Shown here in pieces: positions 37,396-47,361 of a stretch of DNA of 64,000 bases. The notes under the pieces were generated by a model. It was not told where the DNA came from, did no database searches, and saw nothing but the letters and a program-made list of their open reading frames with translations. The position numbers were made by a program, and so were the translations under genes. Source of the stretch: Sphingomicrobium sp. (GTDB lineage: Bacteria; Pseudomonadota; Alphaproteobacteria; Sphingomonadales; Sphingomonadaceae); the NCBI GenBank assembly GCA_036273215.1, contig DASUIC010000067.1, positions 2,897 through 66,896 on the forward strand, read 5' to 3'. Positions within the stretch are counted from its first letter, which is position 1, and each line of letters starts with the position of its first letter.

Positions 37396-39069
37396 TCAAT
37401 CGATCTTCGGGAGCGTCGAGAATTGGTGGAACGGCGGCGGGCTCGGCAGAGTCCATTCGAGCGTTGTGGCGCCCGCGCCCCATGGATTGTCCGGCGCCTT
37501 CCTGCCCGCGGCCAGCGACCAGAACAGGTTGACGAAGAACAGGGCGACGCCGGCGATGGTGATCATGTAGCCGATCGTTTCGACGTAGTTCCAGTAAGCG
37601 AACGCCGGCGTGTAGTCGGGGATTCGGCGCGGCATCCCGTCGAGCCCGAGAAAGTGCATCGGGAAGAAGATGATGTTCACGCCGATGAACATGATGAAGA
37701 AGTGCAGCTTGCCGAGCAGCTCATTGTACATGCGGCCGCTCATCTTGGGCAACCAGTAATAGAAACCCGCGAAGATCGCGAACACCGCGCCCAGGCTCAG
37801 CACATAGTGGAAGTGGGCCACCACATAGTAGGTATCGGTCATGTAGGTGTCGACGCCGCCATTGGCGAGCACGACTCCGGTTACTCCCCCGATCGTGAAC
37901 AGGAATACGAAGCCGATCGCAAAAAGCATTGGTGTTTCGAAGGTTATCGATCCGCCCCACATGGTTGCGATCCAGGAGAATACCTTGACGCCCGTGGGGA
38001 CGGCGATGACCATGCTCGCCGCAGTGAAGTACATCTTCTCATCGACGTCCATGCCGGTGACAAACATGTGATGCGCCCAGACGATGAACCCAATCACGCC
38101 GATCGCAACCATTGCATAGACCATGCCGAGATAGCCGAAGACCGGCTTGCGGCTGAACGTTGAGACGACCTGGCTGATGATCCCGAATCCCGGGATGATC
38201 ATGATGTAGACTTCGGGATGCCCAAAAAACCAGAAGAGGTGCTGGTAGAGCACGACGTTTCCGCCGCCGGCAGCGTCGAAGAACGCCGTGCTGAAGTTCC
38301 GGTCGGTGAGAAGCATCGTGATCGCGCCGGCGAGCACCGGAAGCGAGAACAGCAGCATGAACGCGGTGACCAGCACTGCCCACACGAACAGGGGCATTTT
38401 GTGCATCACCATGCCAGGTGCGCGCATGTTGAAGATGGTCGTGATGAAGTTGATCGCGCCGAGAATGGAGCTGATGCCCGCGAGATGAATCGCGAAGATG
38501 ACCATGTCGACCGCAGGCCCGGCCGACCCTGACGTAGAGAGCGGCGCATACAGCGTCCAACCCGTACCCGCACCAAGGCCCGATCCTCCAGGAACCATGG
38601 TCGATCCGAGAAGCAGCAAAAAGGCCGGCACCAGCAGCCAGAAGCTGATGTTGTTCATGCGCGGGAAGGCCATGTCGGGAGCACCGATCATCAGCGGCAC
38701 GAACCAGTTGCCGAAGCCGCCCATCATCGCCGGCATCAAAGTGAAGAAGATCATGGTCAGGCCATGCGCGGTGACCAGGACGTTCCAGTGATGCGTCCAC
38801 TCGTCGAAGTTCGCCGTGCCCGCGCCGATCGGCCACGCACGATTGAGCACCTGAATGCCGGGCTCCATCAGCTCCCAGCGCATGACCCCCGAGATCGACC
38901 CGCCGATCACGCCGGCGATAATCGCGAAGATGAGGTAAAGCGTTCCAATGTCCTTGTGGTTGGTTGACATGAACCAACGGACGAAAAAGCCCGGCTTATG
39001 GTCCTCGTGATGCTCCGCCCCGTGAGCCGAGTGCAGCTGGAGAGGGAGTGAGTTGGCGGTGGTGCTCAT
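37396..39069 (-). CDS. ctaD: aa3-type cytochrome c oxidase subunit I (stand-alone copy)
   Basis: [49 protein letters not shown]. Confidence 0.96.
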   Translation of the reverse strand: MSTTANSLPLQLHSAHGAEHHEDHKPGFFVRWFMSTNHKDIGTLYLIFAIIAGVIGGSISGVMRWELMEPGIQVLNRAWPIGAGTANFDEWTHHWNVLVTAHGLTMIFFTLMPAMMGGFGNWFVPLMIGAPDMAFPRMNNISFWLLVPAFLLLLGSTMVPGGSGLGAGTGWTLYAPLSTSGSAGPAVDMVIFAIHLAGISSILGAINFITTIFNMRAPGMVMHKMPLFVWAVLVTAFMLLFSLPVLAGAITMLLTDRNFSTAFFDAAGGGNVVLYQHLFWFFGHPEVYIMIIPGFGIISQVVSTFSRKPVFGYLGMVYAMVAIGVIGFIVWAHHMFVTGMDVDEKMYFTAASMVIAVPTGVKVFSWIATMWGGSITFETPMLFAIGFVFLFTIGGVTGVVLANGGVDTYMTDTYYVVAHFHYVLSLGAVFAIFAGFYYWLPKMSGRMYNELLGKLHFFIMFIGVNIIFFPMHFLGLDGMPRRIPDYTPAFAYWNYVETIGYMITIAGVALFFVNLFWSLAAGRKAPDNPWGAGATTLEWTLPSPPPFHQFSTLPKID

Positions 39070-39719
39070 CTCATCGTCTGCCGTTGGAGACCATTGCGGA
39101 CACGAGGGCAGCGGATCGCGACGCGAACCGTCAAATTCGCTCCACGGAGCCGAGCGTCGGCGACCTTGCGCTCATGCGCGTGGACCTGCTCTGCGGCATG
39201 CTTCGAAACGATCCGGAGCGCCTGCGCCTCGTCGTTATGGTTCCAGGCGCGGACCCACAGCAACAGGCCGCCATTCTCGATCTGATCCCGGAGGTGAGCA
39301 GCGTGATGATGCCCGACCCAGCGCGCAAACACTGAGCCGACCAGCCCGCCGGTGCCTCCGGCGAGCACAGCGGCGGCGATGGCCGCGCCCATTGCGGCGC
39401 CCGACATCACGACCGTGCCAATTGCCACGGTTGCGCCGACATAAGCGAGGCCGCCGATCAATGCGCCCTGGGCGTCGCCGATCGCAGCGGTCGAGATGAA
39501 GGCGGCGCGCGGCACCGCCGGATCGTCTGCCATCTCGCCGGCCTCCCGGTAGAACCCACCGAGCTTTTCGGCGACCGCGGCCTCGCGCGCCAGAAGGCTG
39601 AGCTCGGCGCGATCGAAGCCCGAGCTTAGCAGCTCGTCGATCGCGGATTCGAGATCCTCAGGCTTGTGAAATACTCCAACCACTTCGCAAGCACGTGTCG
39701 CCTCACATTCAGTGGCCAT
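39066..39719 (-). CDS. Gly/Ala-rich membrane protein (general-stress-protein-like)
   Basis: VVGVF..AIDEL..GF...LSLL, glycine-zipper TMs, GGLLLWV; stop overlaps ctaD ATG. Confidence 0.7.
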   Translation of the reverse strand: MATECEATRACEVVGVFHKPEDLESAIDELLSSGFDRAELSLLAREAAVAEKLGGFYREAGEMADDPAVPRAAFISTAAIGDAQGALIGGLAYVGATVAIGTVVMSGAAMGAAIAAAVLAGGTGGLVGSVFARWVGHHHAAHLRDQIENGGLLLWVRAWNHNDEAQALRIVSKHAAEQVHAHERKVADARLRGANLTVRVAIRCPRVRNGLQRQTMR

Positions 39720-40107
39720 CATGTTCTCCCGTGGCCGGCGCGTGCGGCGGATGATCGCCCGCCGCGTCCGGGCGTGCTTCATCCATTTCGGAAATCGCGA
39801 TGATCGAATGTGCGAACGCGGCACCGGCCCGCATCTCCGCGGCGACCCAGATCGCTTCCATCAGCTCCTGGTTCGAAGCGCCTGCGCGCAGCGCCGCGCG
39901 CGTGTGGCCGCGGATGCAATAAGGGCATTGCGTCACGTGCGCGGCGGCGACCGCGATGATGTTCTTCATCCTGACGGACAGAGCGCCATCGGCGAACACC
40001 GCTTTGCTGAAGTCGTTGAACGCCGAGGCGGCTTCAGGTGCGAGTTCGCGCCGCATATGCGCGAGGTCGTGCGTCACCGCGGGGTAGAGTTCACCGGTCA
40101 CGTTCAT
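39709..40107 (-). CDS. Carboxymuconolactone decarboxylase / AhpD-like protein
   Basis: DGAL..K..IAVA.AHVTQCPYCIRGH, GAS..E..EAIWVA. Confidence 0.88.
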   Translation of the reverse strand: MNVTGELYPAVTHDLAHMRRELAPEAASAFNDFSKAVFADGALSVRMKNIIAVAAAHVTQCPYCIRGHTRAALRAGASNQELMEAIWVAAEMRAGAAFAHSIIAISEMDEARPDAAGDHPPHAPATGEHDGH

Positions 40108-40493
40108 GGCTCCTCTTTTCGATCTGACCTGCCGAGGATGACATTCCTCAGCACGACGGCATCGTTGTGGGCCTCGTCCTTCGCCGAATAGACGAGCGTG
40201 ATCCGGCCCTCGCGGGCACGGCGGCGGAGACCCTTCAGGGTTTCCAAGTGCTGCGCGAGCTCCGCTCGATAGCGCTGGCGGAACTCGTCCCAGCGTCTGG
40301 GGTCATGGCCGAACCAGGTGCGCAGCTCGGCGCTCGGCGCGATCTCCTTGATCCATTGATCGAGGTCGGCTTCGGCCTTGCTGACGCCCCGCGGCCACAG
40401 GCGGTCGACGAGGATTCGCCTGCCGTCCGATTTCTCGGGCGGCTCATAAGCGCGCTTGAGCACAACATTGGACGCATGGATCGGGCGAGTCAT
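40104..40493 (-). CDS. DUF488 (YeaO-like) protein
   Basis: KRAYE, DGRRILVDRLWPRGVSK, APSAELRTWFGHD, TLVYSAKD..HN.A. Confidence 0.92.
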   Translation of the reverse strand: MTRPIHASNVVLKRAYEPPEKSDGRRILVDRLWPRGVSKAEADLDQWIKEIAPSAELRTWFGHDPRRWDEFRQRYRAELAQHLETLKGLRRRAREGRITLVYSAKDEAHNDAVVLRNVILGRSDRKEEP

Positions 40494-40497
40494 GGCT

Positions 40498-42075
40498 TCA
40501 GGCGACCTCCGTGAGCTTGCGAGGAGCTGGGTGGAGATCGGCCGGACGGCAAAGCGCGCGCTCGAATTCGACTTCGGCCACCAATCCCTCAAGATCGCGG
40601 TGAATCACCGCGACGGCCTGCTTGCGGCCTTCGCGCAGATAGAAGATCGAACAGTCGCGGGCCTCGATCGAGCCGTCGATCACGATCTCGTCCCATTTCT
40701 CGGCATGGCCGACATAGGCGATCGATAGGTCGTGCTGCTCGGTCCAAAAGAACGGGACCGCGTCGAAGGGTTCGCTGCGGCCGAGCATGTTGCGTGCGGC
40801 CGTCTGAGCCTGGCGCTCGGCGACGACGAAATGCTCGACGCGGATCGCCTCCCGGCTGTGCGGATCCGGCCAGCGCGCGATGTCGCCGGCGGCGAACACG
40901 CCAGGTGCGCTGGTCTCGAGGAACTGGTCGACGAGCACTCCGCGATCGATGGCGAGGCCGGCCTGCTCGGCGAGGGCGATCGACGGACGCACTCCGATGC
41001 CGACGACCACGAGGTCGCCTTCGATGCGCTCGCCATCATCCAGCGTCACGGCATGCTCGTCGATCGAGACCGCGGTCCGACCGAGATGGAATGTCACACC
41101 ATGCTGTTCGTGGACCGAGCGAATGAACGCTCCAAGCTGCGGTCCGAGCACGCGCTCCATGGGGATCGGCTCAGGGCCCACGACATGGATTTCGAGGCCG
41201 CGAGCACGGAGCGAGGACGCGGCCTCGAGGCCGATGAAGCTTGCGCCGATGATCACCGCTACGCGCGCCTCGGCAGCCTTTGCAATCAGCGTTCTGCTGT
41301 CGTCGAGGGTGCGCAGATAATGAACATGACCGAGGCTGGCGCCGGGAACCTCCAGTCTGACCGGCTCGGCGCCGGTCGCAAGGAGAAGCGCGCCATAGCT
41401 GAGACGCTCACCGTCGGCGAGCTCGACTGCGCGCCGGCGGGGGTCGATCCGCGCCGCGCGCGTGTTCAGCCGGAGGTCGATGCCATTCTCCGGGTAGAAA
41501 TCGGCGGGCCTTAGCAGGGCCCATTCCTCGGACACCCCGCCGGCCAGATAGTCCTTCGACAGGTTGGGCCGATCGGCGGGAAGCGCCGAATCCGCGCTCA
41601 GCATTGTGATTGGGCCGCCATAGCCTTCATCGCGGAGCGTTTCGGCGGCCATGTTTCCGGCGGGGCCACCGCCGATGATCACGACGGATTGCGGCAAGTG
41701 GGTCGAGCTGAGGGTCGGTCGAGCCTGACGCTCGATCCTTTCCCGCGCATAGACAATTCCATCGCTGACCTCGACACGCCAACGAGGCAGCGAGTCGCGC
41801 GCCGGCGCCCGCAGGACTTCGCCGCTGCGCAGGCTGAAGCAGGCATGGTGCCAGGGGCAGCGGATCGTCTCACCGACCAGGAGACCTTCGCCCAGCGGCC
41901 CTCCATAGTGCGGACACTTGGCGCCAACGGCGAACAGTTCATCGCCGCGCCGGACGAGCACCACGGCGTGATCGTCGACATGGCCGGTCAGAATCGCGCC
42001 TTCCGGGATCGCGGAAAGCTTCACGCCGCGACTGAGATCGGGCCCTTCAAGCTGTTCATGATCGGCGGCGGTCAT
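40498..42075 (-). CDS. Rieske [2Fe-2S]-FAD/NAD oxidoreductase fusion (AIF3-like)
   Basis: CPHYG...CPWHH Rieske ligands; GGGPAG, DRPNLSK, ATG, GASFIGLE, AAGDIA, VPFFW. Confidence 0.92.
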   Translation of the reverse strand: MTAADHEQLEGPDLSRGVKLSAIPEGAILTGHVDDHAVVLVRRGDELFAVGAKCPHYGGPLGEGLLVGETIRCPWHHACFSLRSGEVLRAPARDSLPRWRVEVSDGIVYARERIERQARPTLSSTHLPQSVVIIGGGPAGNMAAETLRDEGYGGPITMLSADSALPADRPNLSKDYLAGGVSEEWALLRPADFYPENGIDLRLNTRAARIDPRRRAVELADGERLSYGALLLATGAEPVRLEVPGASLGHVHYLRTLDDSRTLIAKAAEARVAVIIGASFIGLEAASSLRARGLEIHVVGPEPIPMERVLGPQLGAFIRSVHEQHGVTFHLGRTAVSIDEHAVTLDDGERIEGDLVVVGIGVRPSIALAEQAGLAIDRGVLVDQFLETSAPGVFAAGDIARWPDPHSREAIRVEHFVVAERQAQTAARNMLGRSEPFDAVPFFWTEQHDLSIAYVGHAEKWDEIVIDGSIEARDCSIFYLREGRKQAVAVIHRDLEGLVAEVEFERALCRPADLHPAPRKLTEVA

Positions 42076-42179
42076 TTCATCCTCCGGAAGCTAGTCGCGG
42101 CGCGAACCCAGCACGCCCCTGGCCCCCCTTGGATGCACGGTCATGACCGTCGGTGCCCGTGTCAGGGATCCGGCAGCAT

Positions 42180-42578
42180 CTAGGTCGACATGCTGCACGA
42201 CGATGATTGCCAGGCCAGCATCCGCCATTCACCGGCGTCCTTTCGCCACACTCCGATGCAGGGGAAATGAAAAACCTGCTGCTCTCCGTCGAGCCGCGAG
42301 TGGCCGAGCATCAGCCCCGCGAGAACGATCACATCGTCGAGCACTCGGACTTCCGTTTCCCGCACGTCAAAGTCGCGGTCGTACGAAAGGGAATGAGTCC
42401 GGATGCTTCGAAGATAATGTTCCTTGTCGAAGACCGCGCCCGCGCTGTTGATGTAGATGAGCCGCTCGTGGAGCAGCGGTGCGAGGGCGTCCGGGTCATT
42501 CTGCCGCGTCGCTTCGATGCGCAGCCGTTCGAGTTCGCGCACGGCTTTGAGATCGTCCGTGTCCAACATCGCGAGCAT
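42180..42578 (-). CDS. NTF2-like (DUF4440) protein
   Basis: 132 aa; LIYINSAG...K, VW.K..GEWRMLAWQSS; RBS GGGAG. Confidence 0.8.
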   Translation of the reverse strand: MLAMLDTDDLKAVRELERLRIEATRQNDPDALAPLLHERLIYINSAGAVFDKEHYLRSIRTHSLSYDRDFDVRETEVRVLDDVIVLAGLMLGHSRLDGEQQVFHFPCIGVWRKDAGEWRMLAWQSSSCSMST

Positions 42579-42759
42579 TGTGAGACTCCCTTGCGGAGCC
42601 GGCGACTGTGAGGGTCGGGCTGGTCGACTCCGAATCCTGAATGCGCTCGCATTTCAACAAAGACGAACGCATTATATTGTTGGATAGCAATCCCGAAATT
42701 GTTGTATCGAGCGTCCTTACCATTGTGGCGTTCGTGGCGTTGGATGAGCGGAGCCAAAC

Positions 42760-43656
42760 ATGGACATCAACGTCGCGCGAACCTTTCTGGAGGTCGTCAA
42801 GACCGGCAGTTTCGTCAATGCCGCAGCCAACCTCAACCTTACCCAGACCGCGGTCAGTGCGCGAATCCGGGTTCTCGAGGAGAACCTCGATCGCAAGGTG
42901 TTCGTCCGCAACAAAGCCGGCGCCCGGCTGACACCGGCGGGCGAGCAGTTCTTCCGCTTCGCCGCCTCATTGGTCCAGGTGTGGGACCGTGCCCGGCGCG
43001 TCGCGGCGGTCTCACCAGGGCGCGAGACCGTCGTCACCATCGGTGCGGAGCTCAGCCAGTGGAAGCCCCTGATGCGGCACTGGCTGGTGTGGATGCGGCG
43101 CGAATGCCCCGAACTCGCGATCAGCGCCTATATCGATTCAGCCGACCGATTGATGGAGCAGGTGCAGGAAGGTTCGCTGGACCTGGCGATCCTTTACGCC
43201 GCTCCCGTCCGCCCGGGAGTGGTTACCGAACTGCTGTTCGAGGAAAGACTTGTGCTTGTGAGGACCACGCGGGGCGATCGACTGATCGGGCCGGAAGATC
43301 ATGTCGATGTCGATTGGGGGGAGCACTTCGCGGCCAGCTATCACGCCGCATTTCCAGACAGCGCGCCTGGTGTTGTCTCAATCAGCTATGGGCCGCTAGC
43401 GCTGGACTATCTACTCGAGCAAGGCGGCAGCGGATATTTCCGAACCGCGACGGTACAGCCCCTTATCGAGGAAGGGCGGCTGGAGCTGGTCCCTGAAAGT
43501 CCCGAATTTCCTTATTCTTCCTGCCTGGTCTACTCCACCAGAGCCGACGAAAGTGTGATAGCGCGCGTGCGCCATGGCCTGCATGTCGCGGCCGGCCTGG
43601 TAAAATCGCCTGGGCGGGCTCCGAACGATCCGGCTCAAGGCATGGGCGAATCTTGA
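42760..43656 (+). CDS. LysR-family transcriptional regulator
   Basis: TFLEVVKTGSF..AA..LNLTQTAVSARIRVLE, LTPAG. Confidence 0.93.
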   Translation: MDINVARTFLEVVKTGSFVNAAANLNLTQTAVSARIRVLEENLDRKVFVRNKAGARLTPAGEQFFRFAASLVQVWDRARRVAAVSPGRETVVTIGAELSQWKPLMRHWLVWMRRECPELAISAYIDSADRLMEQVQEGSLDLAILYAAPVRPGVVTELLFEERLVLVRTTRGDRLIGPEDHVDVDWGEHFAASYHAAFPDSAPGVVSISYGPLALDYLLEQGGSGYFRTATVQPLIEEGRLELVPESPEFPYSSCLVYSTRADESVIARVRHGLHVAAGLVKSPGRAPNDPAQGMGES

Positions 43657-43887
43657 GCGATCAGCCGGTCGGCAATCGCCCAGATCTTCGATGCCCACCC
43701 GAACGCCTTGGCCGATCAGCCGGGAACCGAGCAGCACGGGGCAGGATCAATAGGTCAGGAGGCCCGGATAGGACCCGCCGAAGCTTGGGGAAACCCGACG
43801 GAGCTTCGCCTGCGGGTGCCGGACACGGCCCGCTGCCGGTCGACTGCGGCGGCCGCATGGTCTGTTCCTGCCAAAAGGAGTGAAAGG

Positions 43888-44088
43888 ATGACGCCGCGCG
43901 TACGTGAGATTTTGAGCTGGTATGGCGCAGATAATGTCGGAACGCCGGGCAACCTCGCCCGGCTGCTTGATCACGGACGCATGGCGGGAACCGGTAAGCT
44001 CGTGATTCTTCCCGTCGATCAGGGCTTCGAGCACGGACCCGCGCGCTCATTCGCGCCCAACCCGCCGGCCTACGATCCGCATTATCAC
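43888..44088 (+). pseudogene. 5' fragment of class I fructose-bisphosphate aldolase
   Basis: TPRVREILSWY...LARLL..G.MAGTGKLVILPVDQGFEHGPARSFAPNPPAYDPHYH, then homology stops. Confidence 0.82.
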
Positions 44089-44305
44089 GAGCCGTGGTGC
44101 GACACGATCCAGCTCAACCTCACACAGGGACTGGCACTGCATCCCGGCGCTCCGCCGCAGCTTTTGCACGGAGATCAGGACATGTGGCGCGGGGCGATCG
44201 GCGAGACCGAATATGTGGTCAATGTGACGTGGCCCTTCACGCGTCACACGCGGACCAACGGCGCAACATCGTCTGGCCGGGCAGCCACGGCGGCCGCGCG
44301 CTGAT
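44089..44305 (+). pseudogene. Internal fragment of phytanoyl-CoA dioxygenase (PhyH) family gene, frameshifted
   Basis: PWCDTIQLNLTQ..LHPG..Q..H.DQDMW...VNV.WP......NGAT, then frameshift to IVWPGSH. Confidence 0.72.
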
Positions 44306-44629
44306 CCCGGACGGCTTGCCGGCGAGTTACCCGCGGAGATCGAGCCTGGGTCGGCTCTGCTGTTCCTGGAGTCGACGCTTCACGGCCCCGGTGGCAATTC
44401 AAGATGACGTGCGTCGGGCAGCGATCGTAAGTCGAGGTTCTCAAGCCCCGGCGCCGCTATTCCGGCGCGCGCGCACCAGCTTACCCGCCGATACGGCAAT
44501 CGCAGGCGTCGCGCCGGGCGGCCTGACCGAAAAGACACCGGCGCGCGCGATCCGGCACCGGATATTTGGGAAAGACTGGGGAAGTTGCTGCTTGCTACGT
44601 CGATTTAGCGGCTAAGCTATTCAAATCCT

Positions 44630-44705
44630 TGGTGACCCCTACGGGACTCGAACCCGTGTTTTCGCCGTGAGAGGGCGACGTCCTGGACCGCTAGACGAAG
44701 GGGCC
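44630..44705 (-). tRNA. tRNA-Glu (anticodon CTC)
   Basis: GGCCCCTTCGTCTAGCGGTCCAGGACGTCGCC-CTCTCAC-GGCGAAAACACGGGTTCGAGTCCCGTAGGGGTCACCA; 76 nt, encoded CCA. Confidence 0.97.
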
Positions 44706-44724
44706 GTCGACCGGAAGAGGCGGG

Positions 44725-44753
44725 CATATGTGGGTTGATCGGCGGCTAGTCAA
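44725..44753 (-). promoter_or_regulatory. Putative sigma70 promoter of tRNA-Glu
   Basis: TTGACT-N17-CATATG ~20 bp upstream of mature tRNA. Confidence 0.5.
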
Positions 44754-46297
44754 TCGAGCTTGAGACGCACGAACCCCATGGCTCCGGTCGGATGGTGGCC
44801 GCCATACAGCGTCGCCAGGCCATCCGGAACGAAGTTGAGAGAGACGAGCCCGCCCGGCCCGATCGACAGATGGTCGGCGATCCGGAAGTCGCGGACGGCT
44901 CCAAGCGACACTTTGCCGACGCGAAAGGCGGGACCGTCTTCGACGTCCAGCAGCTCGCGGTTCTCGACCATCTCGCCGCGGCCGAACACCGTCCAGCCCG
45001 CCTGCCGGACTGATGCTTCGGCGGCAAAACCGTCGTCGTGATGCCCAAGGCTCGACTTGCTGCCCCAGGCCAGCATCGCGGCCGCGTGCCACCCGGGGGC
45101 GACATTGTCGGCCCAGAGCGCACTTGCCGACCAGCGCGTCTGGTTCACTCCGGGCTCGAGCTGCTCGGGGTCCACCAGGTGAGCCCAGCTGCCCTGCAGC
45201 GCCAGCGTTCGCGTCGGATTCCAGGAGAGCCGCACCGAGCTCGAATCGAGCGGCCCGGTTTCGATGTTCCATCGGTGCTGGTCCGGCTCGCGCCCGTTGA
45301 ACCGGCTCGCTTCGATCTTGACCCGGTCGAGCACCAGCCCGGCGGTCACTACGCCGAACGTGATGTGCGTCGAATCGAGCCAGTGATGGGTGATCGGCGC
45401 CTCGGGTGAATCCTCGATCGACTCTCGATGCATGAATGTGGGCGGGCCGAACGCCGGCTCTCCCGGAAGTCCCGCGTAGAGGAAGACGCTGCTCTTCGGC
45501 CCGATGTTCTGCGAGGCGGCGGCGGACAGCTCCATGAACAGATCGTGCGGGTGCTGGCGGTCGATCAGTCGGTCGCGGCCGTTGGCGGTCTCGCCGCTCG
45601 CGAGCAGTAGCGGATAGCCGCCCGGGCCCATCAGCGGGTCGGGGCTGAGCATCGCCCTGAACTGAAGCGCGCCGTTGCCGAGCGGGTGCTGCGCCATGCC
45701 CATCAGCATGCCGCCGACGAACGCCTTGCTGTCGCCGCGCGGACCCGATTGGCGATCGTAGACGAGGTTCGCGTCGCCATGCGCCATCAGCATCCAGCCG
45801 CCTGCCATGGTCATTGGCCCGGCCATCGCGCTGGAGGCGTCCGGCTGCCAGCCAGTGCCCGAGGATTCGCGCTGCTCTGGGTATGGGCCGAGCGCGGCCT
45901 TCATGGTCATGCCCATACTTCCGTGCTGCATGCCGGGCATCGCGCTCCGAGCGACGGGCGCGGCCGGAGGCATCGGCATCGTCATCGGCGGCATCGAAGC
46001 GGCAGTCCCCTGGGGTGAGCTCGGCATCGCCATCGATCCGCCGCCCATGGGCATTTGCATCGTCGGCGGAGCCTGTGCCGGCGCCGCCTTGTGCGTCGTC
46101 CGGGACGCGGCCTCGTGCGTCTTCTTGGCTGTCCTTTTCGCGGCGGCTATCTTGCGAGTGGTCTTCTTTGCGGCGGGCTTCGCCTTTGGCATCGCCATGC
46201 CTGGCATGTTCATCGGCATGTTCATCGGCATGGACTGGGCGAGCGCGGGCGAAGCGCAAACGGCCAGTGCGACTCCGGCCGCCAAGGTGCTTTTCAC
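44750..46297 (-). CDS. Secreted/outer-membrane protein with Met-rich N-terminal region
   Basis: Signal peptide (GTG at 46297), MPMNMPMNMPGM-type tract, SGTGWQPD, DRQHPHDLFMEL, HHWLDSTHI, barrel-like C-terminus. Confidence 0.78.
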   Translation of the reverse strand: MKSTLAAGVALAVCASPALAQSMPMNMPMNMPGMAMPKAKPAAKKTTRKIAAAKRTAKKTHEAASRTTHKAAPAQAPPTMQMPMGGGSMAMPSSPQGTAASMPPMTMPMPPAAPVARSAMPGMQHGSMGMTMKAALGPYPEQRESSGTGWQPDASSAMAGPMTMAGGWMLMAHGDANLVYDRQSGPRGDSKAFVGGMLMGMAQHPLGNGALQFRAMLSPDPLMGPGGYPLLLASGETANGRDRLIDRQHPHDLFMELSAAASQNIGPKSSVFLYAGLPGEPAFGPPTFMHRESIEDSPEAPITHHWLDSTHITFGVVTAGLVLDRVKIEASRFNGREPDQHRWNIETGPLDSSSVRLSWNPTRTLALQGSWAHLVDPEQLEPGVNQTRWSASALWADNVAPGWHAAAMLAWGSKSSLGHHDDGFAAEASVRQAGWTVFGRGEMVENRELLDVEDGPAFRVGKVSLGAVRDFRIADHLSIGPGGLVSLNFVPDGLATLYGGHHPTGAMGFVRLKLD

Positions 46298-47052
46298 CGG
46301 ACAAGCATCCAAATGGCCATTCCGACCATCATCAGATTCTCTGTCAGCGAGACGAAGCCCAGCGGGACGTTGCTCGATCCGCCGACGCACGCACACTTGA
46401 GCTCGCGCCTGTCGACATAGACCGCCTTGAAGACCGACACCGCACCGACCGTTCCGATGAACAGCGCCACCGGAATTGATATCCACATAAGCGCGCCGGA
46501 AATCATCAGCACGCCCGCGAGCGCCTCCGCGTAGGGATAGATGTAACTGTACGGTACCCAGCGCCGCGCCAGCAGGTCGTAGTTGAGGAACATGGCCGAA
46601 AAGCTCTCCACGTTCTGAAGCTTCAGCATCGCCAGGACGACCATGGAAAAAGCGATGAACCACTGCAGCGTCCGCGCAGCGACAATCCCGCCCGTGACCG
46701 CGTAGTTCGCCGCCACGGCCGCGAGCGCGGTCAGCGCGAACAGGACCGCGACGGGGCGGTAAGATGTGGCCTTCGGGTCGCGGACTCGCTTGCCGAGGAA
46801 GCGGCGGAGATCCTCATAGCCTCCGACGCGCTTGCCAGCGATGAACACTTGCGGCGTGGTCGCGACGTGATGCTCGGCTTTGAACGCCTCTGTCTGCTCA
46901 TGGTTTTCGAGGTGGCGATCCTCCACCTGGTACCCGGAACGCCTGAGCAGATCCTTCGCCTTGACGCCCCACGGACAGGTGTGGCTGGGCATGACCATGC
47001 GGCAGAGCACGGCCTTCTTGGCCGGGCTCGGAGAATTGGACATGTCGGACAT
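46294..47052 (-). CDS. Glutaredoxin-MauE/DoxX fusion membrane protein
   Basis: HTCPWG, TTPQVFI.G.RVGGY, TMs, YPYAE, LKCACVGG, SLTEN. Confidence 0.88.
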   Translation of the reverse strand: MSDMSNSPSPAKKAVLCRMVMPSHTCPWGVKAKDLLRRSGYQVEDRHLENHEQTEAFKAEHHVATTPQVFIAGKRVGGYEDLRRFLGKRVRDPKATSYRPVAVLFALTALAAVAANYAVTGGIVAARTLQWFIAFSMVVLAMLKLQNVESFSAMFLNYDLLARRWVPYSYIYPYAEALAGVLMISGALMWISIPVALFIGTVGAVSVFKAVYVDRRELKCACVGGSSNVPLGFVSLTENLMMVGMAIWMLVR

Positions 47053-47062
47053 GTGCTTTTCC

Positions 47063-47338
47063 TCAGCGCTCCGACCGGCTGAACACGTCGATCAGCTCGG
47101 CGACTTTTTCCCGCTGCTTCGCCGGGTCGCCGCTGACGATCGCCGCTTCGACGCATGAGCCCAGATGGTCGGTCAGGACGAGTTGCTCGACCTTCGCGAG
47201 CGCGGCCTTTGCGGCGCGCAGCTGAGCGACGAGATCGAGGCAATAGCGATCCTGCTCGACCATCTGGACGAGGCCGCGGACCTGCCCTTCGACTCGCGCC
47301 AGGCGCGTCTTGACGGTCGACTTGGTGTGCGGGGTCAT
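47063..47338 (-). CDS. csoR: CsoR/RcnR-family metal-sensing repressor
   Basis: RLARVEGQVRG, RYC.D, H...C ligand pattern. Confidence 0.88.
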   Translation of the reverse strand: MTPHTKSTVKTRLARVEGQVRGLVQMVEQDRYCLDLVAQLRAAKAALAKVEQLVLTDHLGSCVEAAIVSGDPAKQREKVAELIDVFSRSER

Positions 47339-47361
47339 TGCGTGCTCCAGCGGAATTGAGA

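Larger units (their letters stand above)
24700..44629. other. Accessory region / decayed island adjoining tRNA-Glu 3' end (left limit approximate)
   Basis: Abuts tRNA CCA end, thematically coherent NO/low-O2 cargo, pseudogene debris at right edge; no integrase or att duplicate found. Confidence 0.5.

Noticed and set aside
26591-43656. FNR/FixK (TTGAT-N4-ATCAA) or sigma54 promoter sites in the NO block
   Set aside because: No convincing full match found on manual scan
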